Shown here piece after piece: positions 1-8,560 of a DNA stretch of 27,334 nt. The translations under genes were made by a program, and so were the position numbers. Position 1 is the stretch's first letter, and each line of letters starts with the position of its first letter. The notes under the pieces were generated by a model that searched no databases, was not told the DNA's origin, and was given only the letters and a program-made list of their open reading frames with translations. This DNA is from a virus (lineage: Duplodnaviria > Caudoviricetes). Location: positions 1-27,334 of the IMG/VR virus record IMGVR_UViG_3300035670_001058. One strand, 5' to 3'.

Positions 1-2
1 GT

Positions 3-239
3 GGTTATGGATTAACTTTAACTGCTGCAAGTTATGTAGTTTATTATTCTAATAATTATAATTTAGAAGTTAGAGAACAATCAGAAGATAGAGCTCATCG
101 TATTGGACAAACTAAAAGTGTAACTTATATAGATTTAATTATAGATAAAACAATTGATAGTCACATTATCTCTGCACTAAAACGTAAGATTAAAATATCT
201 GCTGAGACTATGGGTGAAGAAATTAAGAATTGGATTTAA
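3..239 (+). CDS. SNF2-family (SF2) helicase, C-terminal part (5' truncated by window; not in ORF track)
   Basis: Manual translation GYGLTLTAASYVVYYSNNYNLEVREQSEDRAHRIGQTKSVTYIDL...KNWI*. Contains motif V (GxGLxLxxA) and motif VI (QxEDRAHRIGQ). Confidence 0.92.
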   Translation, partial: GYGLTLTAASYVVYYSNNYNLEVREQSEDRAHRIGQTKSVTYIDLIIDKTIDSHIISALKRKIKISAETMGEEIKNWI

Positions 240-646
240 TTAGTAGATTCAATAAATTTAACTTTATGTATTTCTTTTAAATCGTGTTCTCTATCTAAAA
301 ATTTATATTCTATTTTGTGAACTGTAAAATCTTTTTCTATTTTTTTACAAATAGTTTCCGGATCAAACTCTCCACAACTATATACATCAAATTGCATTAA
401 TGCAGGATGAACCTCATCCCAGACGTGCATGACAATGTGTGATGTTTCAATAATCGCAGCACCAGTAATACCTCTGTTGCCAATCATATTAGAGTATTGA
501 ACAAATGGACCCATCATTACTTTCATTCCAATTTGTTCTATGAATTCGTTTAACCAACGCCTAAGAAACTCCTCGTCCATTGGTGGACGGTAAACTTCTG
601 CTCTCACTATTAAATGTTTGTGAACTAATAATTTATTTTCATTCAT
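236..646 (-). CDS. speD: S-adenosylmethionine decarboxylase (SpeD/SpeH)-family pyruvoyl-dependent decarboxylase proenzyme
   Basis: HKHLIV N-terminal strand, G-I-T-G..IIETSHIVMHVWDE autocleavage region, DVYSCG motif. Start moved to ATG 646 (MNENK), which overlaps the end of the upstream gene; the track start at 697 lies well inside the exonuclease gene. Confidence 0.8.
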   Translation of the reverse strand: MNENKLLVHKHLIVRAEVYRPPMDEEFLRRWLNEFIEQIGMKVMMGPFVQYSNMIGNRGITGAAIIETSHIVMHVWDEVHPALMQFDVYSCGEFDPETICKKIEKDFTVHKIEYKFLDREHDLKEIHKVKFIESTN

Positions 647-1358
647 TAACTGACATTGTATAAAACTTTTCGACTCTGTCAAACCACTTAGCCTCATATT
701 CTGATAATTTTATTTTATCCATTTTGAACTCTTGATACTGTCCATCCTTAGTACAAATGGCAATGATGCCTTGTTCTATAGGTCCATAATTCTTTTTATG
801 AGCGATGGAGTAAGCTGCAACTTGATAAAAGTAGTCTTCAATCCATTCTTCCTTTTTTAATTTATTAGCCTGTTTAAAATCTATAATTGTATCTTTACCA
901 TCATAGTTACCCACAAGATCCGTGGAGCCTGCCCACTTACCCTCATATTGAAGATTTATTTCATTACCATAGACTTCTTTAAGTGGTTCTAGGTTATCTA
1001 TGATCTTGTGTGCCATAAGCCGTGATTGTGCCCCATCAGAGCTTAAATTAAGGTATCCTATGCCATTAATGTAGTTCTCAAGCACATAGTGCATCTCTGT
1101 GCCTCTAGAGGCCGCTTTGGCGGTTATAGCCTGTGCTTCTTGGTACCCTACACGTTCTCTCCAAGCATCTAAGGCAGCTTTCTTCTCTTTTGAAGCAGTC
1201 TTGGCTAATATGGTTGTAACGGAAGGAACTTTAGTTTCTCCTACTAGATAGGTCCGTGGGCCGTGGTCATCGTCTCTTGTATATCGGACATAAGAATACT
1301 TATCTATTCTTTTAAAGTCGGTAACTATGAAGCTGGAATCTTGTCGGATTAATTTCAT
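639..1358 (-). CDS. PD-(D/E)XK (RecB/MGME1-like) exonuclease
   Basis: PSVTTIL, RGTEMH, AGSTDL...IIDFK catalytic motifs, Y..Q..AY motif. Confidence 0.85.
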   Translation of the reverse strand: MKLIRQDSSFIVTDFKRIDKYSYVRYTRDDDHGPRTYLVGETKVPSVTTILAKTASKEKKAALDAWRERVGYQEAQAITAKAASRGTEMHYVLENYINGIGYLNLSSDGAQSRLMAHKIIDNLEPLKEVYGNEINLQYEGKWAGSTDLVGNYDGKDTIIDFKQANKLKKEEWIEDYFYQVAAYSIAHKKNYGPIEQGIIAICTKDGQYQEFKMDKIKLSEYEAKWFDRVEKFYTMSVNE

Positions 1359-1363
1359 AGTTC

Positions 1364-1392
1364 TTATTAGATTAACTATGAAGAATGGTCAA
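1364..1392 (-). promoter_or_regulatory. Putative sigma70 promoter for exonuclease-speD, near-leaderless, overlapped by inverted repeat
   Basis: TTGACC (1392-1387)-N17-TAATAA (1369-1364), 5 nt before ATG 1358; no Shine-Dalgarno. Confidence 0.45.
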
Positions 1393-1395
1393 TGA

Positions 1396-1626
1396 TTATT
1401 TAACGAATCTAAATGCTATAACTATAAGTGTAAGTATCAAGGCTCCCATACCACCGATCATGGACCAAAGGATCTTGTCTACTTTCTTTTCAATCTTATA
1501 AATAGAACAACTCATATGTTTTAAATGATTGTTTTTAATTATAGAGATGTCTTTTTTTAAGTTATCTACTCTGTGGTATAAGTCTATCATATGATCTTCT
1601 AATCTTGATTTTATAATTCTTTTCAT
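1396..1626 (-). CDS. Small coiled-coil protein with C-terminal transmembrane helix (XhlA/holin-like)
   Basis: Heptad-like N-terminus, NHLKH motif, hydrophobic ILWSMIGGMGALILTLIVIAF followed by basic tail; last gene of the structural arm. Confidence 0.55.
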   Translation of the reverse strand: MKRIIKSRLEDHMIDLYHRVDNLKKDISIIKNNHLKHMSCSIYKIEKKVDKILWSMIGGMGALILTLIVIAFRFVK

Positions 1627-4178
1627 CCTTGTCTCGCAATTTGTTGTCCTGTTACATCAAATGGAAATAATCCTGCGTATTGTTGTGCTCTATCTGTAGT
1701 TGGTAATGTTGTTGCTGTAGGAGTTGTAGAAGCAGTCATCATATTTCTATCTAATACAGGAACTTCTGTTCTAGGTTCTTTAGGAATTAATCCAGATGGA
1801 ACTCTAGGAGCTCTTATTTTACCAGCTTCTCCTAAAAGTTCTTGAATAGTACCAGTAACTGTTCCTAAAACATTTCTAGAACCCGGATCTATATAATTTA
1901 AATCTGAAGATATTTCTTTTGAAATTAATTTTTTAGCTGCTTTTTGACTATAAACATCTTTAAGTCTATCTACTGCTCCTCTTGCTGCAAGCAATCCTTG
2001 AATATTAGCTGCTTTAAAACCAATAATACCTGCCAAACCTCTACCTACTTGTTGAACTATTTTAGATAATGCAGAAGCTGTATTAGAATAATTTGCTAGG
2101 TCTTTTGGTACGAATGTTTTTCTAACTTCTTTTACAAATGTGTCTATTGTTTTTATTTCAGGTTGTGTAAATAATTCATCTAATAAATATTTATTTTTTA
2201 AACTTGCTGTTTCCCATTGTTTTACAAAAGCTTGTGGACTAAATCTTCCAGTTTGTTTTTGAATTGAATCTCTAATTAACTTATCAAAAGCCGCTGTTCG
2301 TAAAGCTTGAAAATCTAAATTAGTAGAAGCTTGAGTTCCTAAATCTTTACCTTCTACTCCAAATATAGTTTTTAATCTTTTTATAATGGCTAAAGATTCG
2401 TTTTTTAAACCTAATTGGCCAGAACCAAATATGTAATTAATAGTCTGTAATGGGGTAATATCTGGTTCGTTTAATATTTTTGTTACAACTTTTCCAGCAT
2501 TGTCTGAAATTTTTAAACCACCAACTGTTTTATTATTAATTCCAAATAATTTTTCTTTATTTTTAAATGTTTCTCTTGCATTAAAAATTGCTTTTAATGC
2601 ATTAGGATTATTACCACTTCCAAATAATGCATTATCAATTGTGTCATCATAAACTTTGTCAAACTCTTTTAGTATAGCCACAGTATTTCTTTTATCTGTT
2701 TTATTTGGAGCAGTTTGAATTAAACTAGATAAAGTTTTTCTTGTTGTTTCAAAATCATTAAAAAATGTAGGATTAATATTTTTAACAGTTTCTTTACCTT
2801 CTACGGTTACACCTTTATTAACTTTATTAACAAAGTTGTTAACTACTTTTAAACTTTCAATAGTAGATGGAGTTAACTTAGGTGAAACTACATTTGTAGC
2901 TTCTTGAACTGCTTTTTGAGAAGACGCTTTTAATACTTCTATATTACTTTTTGGTCCAGTATATATTGCATCTTTATCTACAAGATTATAAGCAGTCTCT
3001 ACTTTATCAGAAGCTTTATTAAAGTTACGTTTAAGGCTTTCAAATAAAACCTGCCCAGCAGACTCTAAATTTTCTAATTCAATTTGACCTTTATTAAATT
3101 TGTCTAATAAACCTTTAGCACTTGTTTCTATATCTATATTTTGTTGTTTTAAAAAATCACGTGCTAGTTTTTGATTTTCTGGTCCAAATGATCCTTTAGC
3201 AGCTTCAAATAAGGAAGCAACAGCCTCATCATCCCCCATTGCTTGACCTCTTGATAATCTAAAATTAAATTGTCCAGCTCCTGCTTGTTGAGATGCAAGT
3301 TTAGCCTCAGATCCTTTACCCAACTCCCTTACAAAATTTTTTATAAAATCTTGATTAACTACATCTAAATCAATACCCGCTGCTTGAGCAGCTTTTTTTC
3401 CTTTTTCCGTAAGAACTATTTCTCCAGTATTTTCGTCTACTGTTGAAAAAACTGGATTTTTAAAAAATTTAGGAAGAATTGCTCTAACTACAGGAGATAC
3501 TGTTTCAAAAGCTGCAGGCACTGCAGCAGATACCACAGCTTTTCCAACTTCAATTTCTTTAGCACCAAGTGGCTTTGCCGCTACATCTTGTGCAACAGAT
3601 ACTCCAGCTCCGGTTGCTCCTTGTGCCAATATTTTTTGCAAATAACTTTGACCAAATTTTTTAGCGACTGCTCCAAATGCACCAACATATTGAAGGATTT
3701 GAGAAGTTGTTCCTAGGACATCTTGCATGGATGCTCCTGGTTTATTTAAATAAAATGATTGACCATCTGGTAAAACTACAATTGGATTATCAAATTTATC
3801 TGTTAATACAGATGTTCCCGGTATCTGGGCTTGTACTATTTCTAATTGTGCCTTTTGACTAGGGGTTAAAAAAAAGCCACTTGCAATTTTAAATTTTTGC
3901 ATTTCACTAACACCTTTATTTAATTCTCCTATCTCTGGTAAATCAGGATATTCTGTTTTTTTTGTTCCTGTAAAAAATTCTCCAACTGCATCTACTGCTT
4001 GTCTTATCACTCCAGCTTTTTGTTCTTTGCCAAAAAGTGGATCTAATCTTCTAATTAATTCTGGATCTGTAACTTCACTACCTACTGAAGTATCTTGAGG
4101 TTTGCTAATACTTGTACTAGACCCTTCAAATAAAGGTTTTAATTTTTCCAATATTTTAGGATCTGTAACTTCACTCAT
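1623..4178 (-). CDS. Large internal virion / DNA ejection protein
   Basis: 851 aa, Ala/Gly/Lys/Gln-rich and helical-looking, with a GATGAGVS..AVVSAAVPAA hydrophobic stretch. It is the largest and last of a run of ejection-like genes, the usual podovirus position. Confidence 0.6.
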   Translation of the reverse strand: MSEVTDPKILEKLKPLFEGSSTSISKPQDTSVGSEVTDPELIRRLDPLFGKEQKAGVIRQAVDAVGEFFTGTKKTEYPDLPEIGELNKGVSEMQKFKIASGFFLTPSQKAQLEIVQAQIPGTSVLTDKFDNPIVVLPDGQSFYLNKPGASMQDVLGTTSQILQYVGAFGAVAKKFGQSYLQKILAQGATGAGVSVAQDVAAKPLGAKEIEVGKAVVSAAVPAAFETVSPVVRAILPKFFKNPVFSTVDENTGEIVLTEKGKKAAQAAGIDLDVVNQDFIKNFVRELGKGSEAKLASQQAGAGQFNFRLSRGQAMGDDEAVASLFEAAKGSFGPENQKLARDFLKQQNIDIETSAKGLLDKFNKGQIELENLESAGQVLFESLKRNFNKASDKVETAYNLVDKDAIYTGPKSNIEVLKASSQKAVQEATNVVSPKLTPSTIESLKVVNNFVNKVNKGVTVEGKETVKNINPTFFNDFETTRKTLSSLIQTAPNKTDKRNTVAILKEFDKVYDDTIDNALFGSGNNPNALKAIFNARETFKNKEKLFGINNKTVGGLKISDNAGKVVTKILNEPDITPLQTINYIFGSGQLGLKNESLAIIKRLKTIFGVEGKDLGTQASTNLDFQALRTAAFDKLIRDSIQKQTGRFSPQAFVKQWETASLKNKYLLDELFTQPEIKTIDTFVKEVRKTFVPKDLANYSNTASALSKIVQQVGRGLAGIIGFKAANIQGLLAARGAVDRLKDVYSQKAAKKLISKEISSDLNYIDPGSRNVLGTVTGTIQELLGEAGKIRAPRVPSGLIPKEPRTEVPVLDRNMMTASTTPTATTLPTTDRAQQYAGLFPFDVTGQQIARQG

Positions 4179-4186
4179 GATTTAAT

Positions 4187-5308
4187 TTATTTAAGTTGAT
4201 ATGGTTTACCATTAATTTGTATGTAACGTTTTCCTTCTAACTCAACAACATTTTTACCAAATTGTGGGTCTATTTTTCTAGAAGCATTATCTATTTTTGT
4301 TTTAAGTTCATCTGTTAATAATGGATATTTTTTTTGAAATTCATTTTCAAATTCAGCAAAAGTCATACCTGTTTGTTTATCTTTTTTAGATAAACCTTCA
4401 TTTCTTGCAATCCAAGATTCTGTTTCAATTGCAAATTGTTTGGCAAGTTCATTTGCTCTTTCTTTAATATCTAAAATAGTATTTATACCTTCTTTAGAAG
4501 TAGTAAGTCCTGGAGTTCTATCAACAACAAATCTTCTTTCTCCATCAGATATAGATCCTTTAAATTTATTTAAATCATCTAAAACTAATTTTCCAGAAAA
4601 AGATTGTAATACTTCAGCTGCTGGAACATTTTGAGTATTTAAATCTAAACCAAATTCTTGTCCTATTTTTGAAATACTTGTTCTAAGCTCACCAAAACTA
4701 CCTGTTTGTAAATCAGGTTGATTAGTAGCTTGTCTTAAAATTGATAAAGTGTTTTGTTGGTTTGCAGCTGCAGTTCCTGTGCCAAGAATTTCTTTTGCTT
4801 TTTCAGCATAAAGTTTTCCATATTCTTTTTGTTCAGTAGTTTCTCTTTCTCCTGTATTTACAGTAACTCCGGTTCCACCAATAGCTTTAATTTCCCCCTT
4901 ATTACTTATTTGGTAACCTTTATCTTTATCTAATGGAATTCCTTGTGCTGCTAAAATTTGTCTATCCGCTTCAGTTATTGGTCTAAATGTTTCTCCTTTT
5001 CCTTCTTTTTCAATTTTACCTAAGGCTACTGCAGTATTAACAACTTCTGGTAATGCTTTTCCTATATTAGTAGCGATAGCACTAGCTTGTGATTGGCCCG
5101 GTTGTCTAGTTCCTATTAATAGTGAAGATATAAGAGGAGAAGCTATTAGAGCTTGTCTTTCACCTGGAGTAAAAGATGATTCTCCTCCTAGAAAAAAATG
5201 TTTAGCTCTTAATGAAGCAAGACCTCCATTTTTAAAATTAGATACTTTTTTAGTTATTGTTTGTAAGTATCTATCTTTAAATAATTTTCTACTTAATACT
5301 TTATCCAT
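4187..5308 (-). CDS. Internal virion / ejection protein
   Basis: 373 aa; N-terminal 'VLSRKLF..GGLASL', 'KGSISDGER' motif; position in ejection module. Confidence 0.5.
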   Translation of the reverse strand: MDKVLSRKLFKDRYLQTITKKVSNFKNGGLASLRAKHFFLGGESSFTPGERQALIASPLISSLLIGTRQPGQSQASAIATNIGKALPEVVNTAVALGKIEKEGKGETFRPITEADRQILAAQGIPLDKDKGYQISNKGEIKAIGGTGVTVNTGERETTEQKEYGKLYAEKAKEILGTGTAAANQQNTLSILRQATNQPDLQTGSFGELRTSISKIGQEFGLDLNTQNVPAAEVLQSFSGKLVLDDLNKFKGSISDGERRFVVDRTPGLTTSKEGINTILDIKERANELAKQFAIETESWIARNEGLSKKDKQTGMTFAEFENEFQKKYPLLTDELKTKIDNASRKIDPQFGKNVVELEGKRYIQINGKPYQLK

Positions 5309-6171
5309 TATGTAGTAGCCTTAGGTTGTAATGCTTGATACGTAGCATATGCTCCTAAACCACTACCTAAAGATTGAGCTAAAGGACTCGTTGTTGGAGC
5401 TGTTGCAGCCGTGATTCCTGAAGTTGATTTAGGCCCAGCAGCATATACGTTTGATAAAAACTCTACTCGTTGTAAAGGTTCTGTTGCTCTTTGTAACGCT
5501 GTTTGTCTTTCAGCTTCTAAAGCTTGTTGAGCAAGTTGTCTTTGTAATCCACCCGCAGCCATTAATTGATTAATATCTGCTTGTGACATAGCTTGTTGTT
5601 GAGCACCCAATTGTCCTAATTGCTGTCCAGCTTGTAAACCTAATTGTTGTTGTTGTGCAGCTAATTGAGCAGCAGTCTGGAATCCTGTAGCTTGGGCTTC
5701 TCCTATTTTTCCAAGTCTTGCTCTTTCTAATTCTGCTTGTGCAACTCCTTGTCTTCCTCCACCAAATGCACCTCCTTGAACAGCTTGTGCTGATAATTGA
5801 TTTTGTGCCATTTCAGCTTGTCTATTAATTTCATCTAATACATAAGATTGATATGGATTATAAAATTGAGAAATATTTGGTCCTTGTTGTGCTTGTAACA
5901 CAGAACCAATACCTGCTTGAGTTGTAGGTGCACCAACACCTGTTGTCCCAGCTTGTTGAACCCCTTGTTCTTCTAATGCTCCAAGTCCAGCAACTCTGAC
6001 TGCAGGAACGTTTGCATATAATGGTTGTTGTGCAGCACTACGTGCTATATCCATTAATTCAATCTTACGTTCTTCAATGCCCGGTGCTTCTCTTACAAAT
6101 TGTGTAGTTGTGTCTGGAGCTGCTTGTTGTCCTCCGCCACCGCCGCCACCGCCGCCAAATATACTGCCCAT
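5308..6171 (-). CDS. Gln/Ala/Gly-rich internal virion (DNA pilot/ejection) protein
   Basis: N-terminal poly-Gly, FYNPYQ..V and GGAFGGGRQGV motifs, Q-rich helices, C-terminal GSGLGAY; AAGGAG SD upstream. Confidence 0.6.
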   Translation of the reverse strand: MGSIFGGGGGGGGGQQAAPDTTTQFVREAPGIEERKIELMDIARSAAQQPLYANVPAVRVAGLGALEEQGVQQAGTTGVGAPTTQAGIGSVLQAQQGPNISQFYNPYQSYVLDEINRQAEMAQNQLSAQAVQGGAFGGGRQGVAQAELERARLGKIGEAQATGFQTAAQLAAQQQQLGLQAGQQLGQLGAQQQAMSQADINQLMAAGGLQRQLAQQALEAERQTALQRATEPLQRVEFLSNVYAAGPKSTSGITAATAPTTSPLAQSLGSGLGAYATYQALQPKATT

Positions 6172-6172
6172 A

Positions 6173-6637
6173 TTAGTTTAACTCCTTTTGAAATTCAAAA
6201 TGTTTTATATTCCATCCATATTTTTTCATCACTTTTTTATAACCCGGTCTCATTAAAGCTTTAATTCTTTTACATTTGTTTATTTTAGCAAAAACTTCTA
6301 ACATATCTACAAGCTCTTTTTCCCATAAATGCATTTTAGAACCTGTGCAAATTAAACCTTGTAATTCTTTATAATTAGGATTATTAAAGAATCTTGTTAC
6401 ACAACATCCAAATACTTTGTTAGTTTCACCATCATCTGAACCAAACATAATAAACAAATTCATCTCACCTTTAATTAAAAATTCTTTTATATGATGAGCA
6501 TCTGCATATTGTCCACTATACTTTAATGCTTCCGCAATTAAAAAATTAACCAATGGCCAGCATTTATTAATATCGGCTGGTTTAATCGTTAATACTGATA
6601 CTTTTTTTTCAATTTGCTCTAGCTTTTCTGCTTGCAT
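6173..6637 (-). CDS. GNAT-fold-like protein of the virion module
   Basis: 'ICTG..MHLW...LE.FAK.N.CKRIK...RPGY.KV...GW' pattern typical of acetyltransferase-like proteins between tail and ejection genes; activity unverified. Confidence 0.5.
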   Translation of the reverse strand: MQAEKLEQIEKKVSVLTIKPADINKCWPLVNFLIAEALKYSGQYADAHHIKEFLIKGEMNLFIMFGSDDGETNKVFGCCVTRFFNNPNYKELQGLICTGSKMHLWEKELVDMLEVFAKINKCKRIKALMRPGYKKVMKKYGWNIKHFEFQKELN

Positions 6638-7688
6638 CTAATAAATCATAAATTCTTTTAAAACGTTTTTGTTGTTCATAAAAGAATTCTGCTCCTAGTT
6701 TTCTCATTTCTTTTGGGTCTTTAGGACTGGCTCCTGCTAATATACCTGCTCCTAAAACACCATCTGTTCTTGTAACAAATTCTCCATCAGCTAATTGAGC
6801 TAGCATTGTATCTTCTTCTTTATCCCCATTACCCGCACCATCTTCTACATAACCATTAACTCTCATATAATTGTCTTCATCATCTTCATCATGAACAGTT
6901 TTAGATGGTAAATAATTAACTCCACCATCTCTAAAATGGCTTAAGCTAGCAAGTCCACCTTGTTGTAGTGTAATAGTTTCTCTTTTATATGGACCAAATC
7001 TATCACCTTCTTTTGTAACTGAAGCTGCTGCACTTTCTTCTGGAATATAATCTTGTTGTGATAATTCTTTAACTTCTCCTGTTCTAGGATCTTGTGTATA
7101 AAATTTTCTGCCTCTATATAATTCTGGATAACCTACGTTGTATGTAAACATACTTCTTTCATAAGGTTCTGTTTCAAAAGCACCTGAAGCATATAGTGCT
7201 GTAGGCACTCCAACTAAAGCTGCCTTACCTAAATCTAATCCACCTGTTTTAGGATCTGTAAATGTTTTTTTAATGTAGTCCGTAATTCCACCACCAGAAG
7301 TGCTTCCTCCACCACCTCCTCCGACTGGCAAATCAGGAACTGCAAAACCAGGATCTGGTCCTTCTATAAATGTTCCTGGGACTGGAGGTTTATATGCACC
7401 TATACCTTTTGTAACATCTGTTACTGGAGCTTTACCAAATATAGTTTCTGCCCCTGGAATGTTTTGAAATGTTGAAGCAAAAGATGTTGGTAAAGATACA
7501 TTTTGTGTTAATGCTTGTGGTAAATATTTTCCACCTAAACTTGTAATTCCAGAACCTAAACTGTATCCTCCGTATGCTCCTAGAGCTGTTCCTAATATTC
7601 TACCTAAACCACTGGCACCTGATTTTTTAGCTGATTTATAACCTTTATAGCCTCCATAGATAGCCAAGGCAATTTGTAATGGATTCAT
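6609..7688 (-). CDS. Putative internal virion protein
   Basis: Gly-rich amphipathic N-terminus; C-terminal G.G...D...AQLADGEFV motif like that of phage ejection/tape-measure proteins. Confidence 0.5.
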   Translation of the reverse strand: MNPLQIALAIYGGYKGYKSAKKSGASGLGRILGTALGAYGGYSLGSGITSLGGKYLPQALTQNVSLPTSFASTFQNIPGAETIFGKAPVTDVTKGIGAYKPPVPGTFIEGPDPGFAVPDLPVGGGGGGSTSGGGITDYIKKTFTDPKTGGLDLGKAALVGVPTALYASGAFETEPYERSMFTYNVGYPELYRGRKFYTQDPRTGEVKELSQQDYIPEESAAASVTKEGDRFGPYKRETITLQQGGLASLSHFRDGGVNYLPSKTVHDEDDEDNYMRVNGYVEDGAGNGDKEEDTMLAQLADGEFVTRTDGVLGAGILAGASPKDPKEMRKLGAEFFYEQQKRFKRIYDLLDASRKARAN

Positions 7689-7717
7689 ACGTATATTAAA
7701 TAGTTAACTAATTAGCT

Positions 7718-7746
7718 ATTTTAACGAATTTATTAGCTCTTAGCAA
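7718..7746 (-). promoter_or_regulatory. Putative sigma70 promoter for ejection-protein module
   Basis: TTGCTA (7746-7741)-N17-TAAAAT (7723-7718) in one of the few intergenic gaps; imperfect palindrome just downstream (about 7698-7721). Confidence 0.55.
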
Positions 7747-8560
7747 TATCAGAGCTATTAGGATCTATATCACTATTGATTGTTTTTCCTTCTATTTCTG
7801 TGGAAGTCTCTGTCTTTTTAAATTCATCTAAAAGTCTACCTGTATAACTAAATTCTCCATGATGGGAGATATATTCATCAACTAAAGCATACATTTTAAT
7901 CCCTGCATGTTTACATAATTTACAGAAATAAAAGTCTTCTCCTGTATAAGTTTTATCATCTTTATTCCAATAGGTATCAAAGAAGTTATACATATGCTTT
8001 CTAGTAACTAATTTACCATCAATTAAAGTGTGTTGATTTATTGTAAATTCTGGATATTCTTTTATTAAAGCATCTATAACAGATCGTTTAATTAACATAC
8101 AACCTGCTGGGCCTCTTTCAACTTCTATAAACCCATTTTCTACTTTTACACTAGAAGGATCTGGAACAGACATTGTGTATTGATTACCTAATACTCTAGG
8201 ATCTATATCACAACCTTCTTTTATTCTTTTTTTAATTTTATCAAAATCTAATCCTTTAATAGGATAAGGAACTAAACAAATATCTTTATCGTAGTTAATC
8301 ATTTTTTCAATCATTTTAAAATTAAAAGAAATATCAGAATCTATAAATAACATATGAGTGCAATTAGATTCCATAAATCCAGATACACAAAGTTGTCTTC
8401 CTTGTGTAACTAAACTACTTTTCATAACTTGAAACATTACAGGAATTTTTCTAACAAAACATTCTTTTTGAAATTCTAAACAAGCTTTGAAATAATGAAT
8501 AGATACGTCTGAATGAACAGGTGTTGCTACAAATATACTTATAGGTTGTTTATATCCCAT
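7733..8560 (-). CDS. GT-A fold glycosyltransferase (GT2-like)
   Basis: IFVATP start, THMLFIDSD (DxD), G.AGCMLIKR, GEDFYFC motifs. Confidence 0.8.
   Translation of the reverse strand: MGYKQPISIFVATPVHSDVSIHYFKACLEFQKECFVRKIPVMFQVMKSSLVTQGRQLCVSGFMESNCTHMLFIDSDISFNFKMIEKMINYDKDICLVPYPIKGLDFDKIKKRIKEGCDIDPRVLGNQYTMSVPDPSSVKVENGFIEVERGPAGCMLIKRSVIDALIKEYPEFTINQHTLIDGKLVTRKHMYNFFDTYWNKDDKTYTGEDFYFCKLCKHAGIKMYALVDEYISHHGEFSYTGRLLDEFKKTETSTEIEGKTINSDIDPNSSDIAKS

Noticed and set aside
647-697. Track start of the speD-like ORF at 697
   Set aside because: It would overlap the exonuclease gene by 59 nt; ATG at 646 gives a short coupled overlap and a normal-length proenzyme.
6130-6156. GGC/GGT poly-Gly tract as a phase-variation site
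   Set aside because: Triplet-based and interrupted, so slippage keeps the frame; Gly-rich N-termini are common in ejection proteins.
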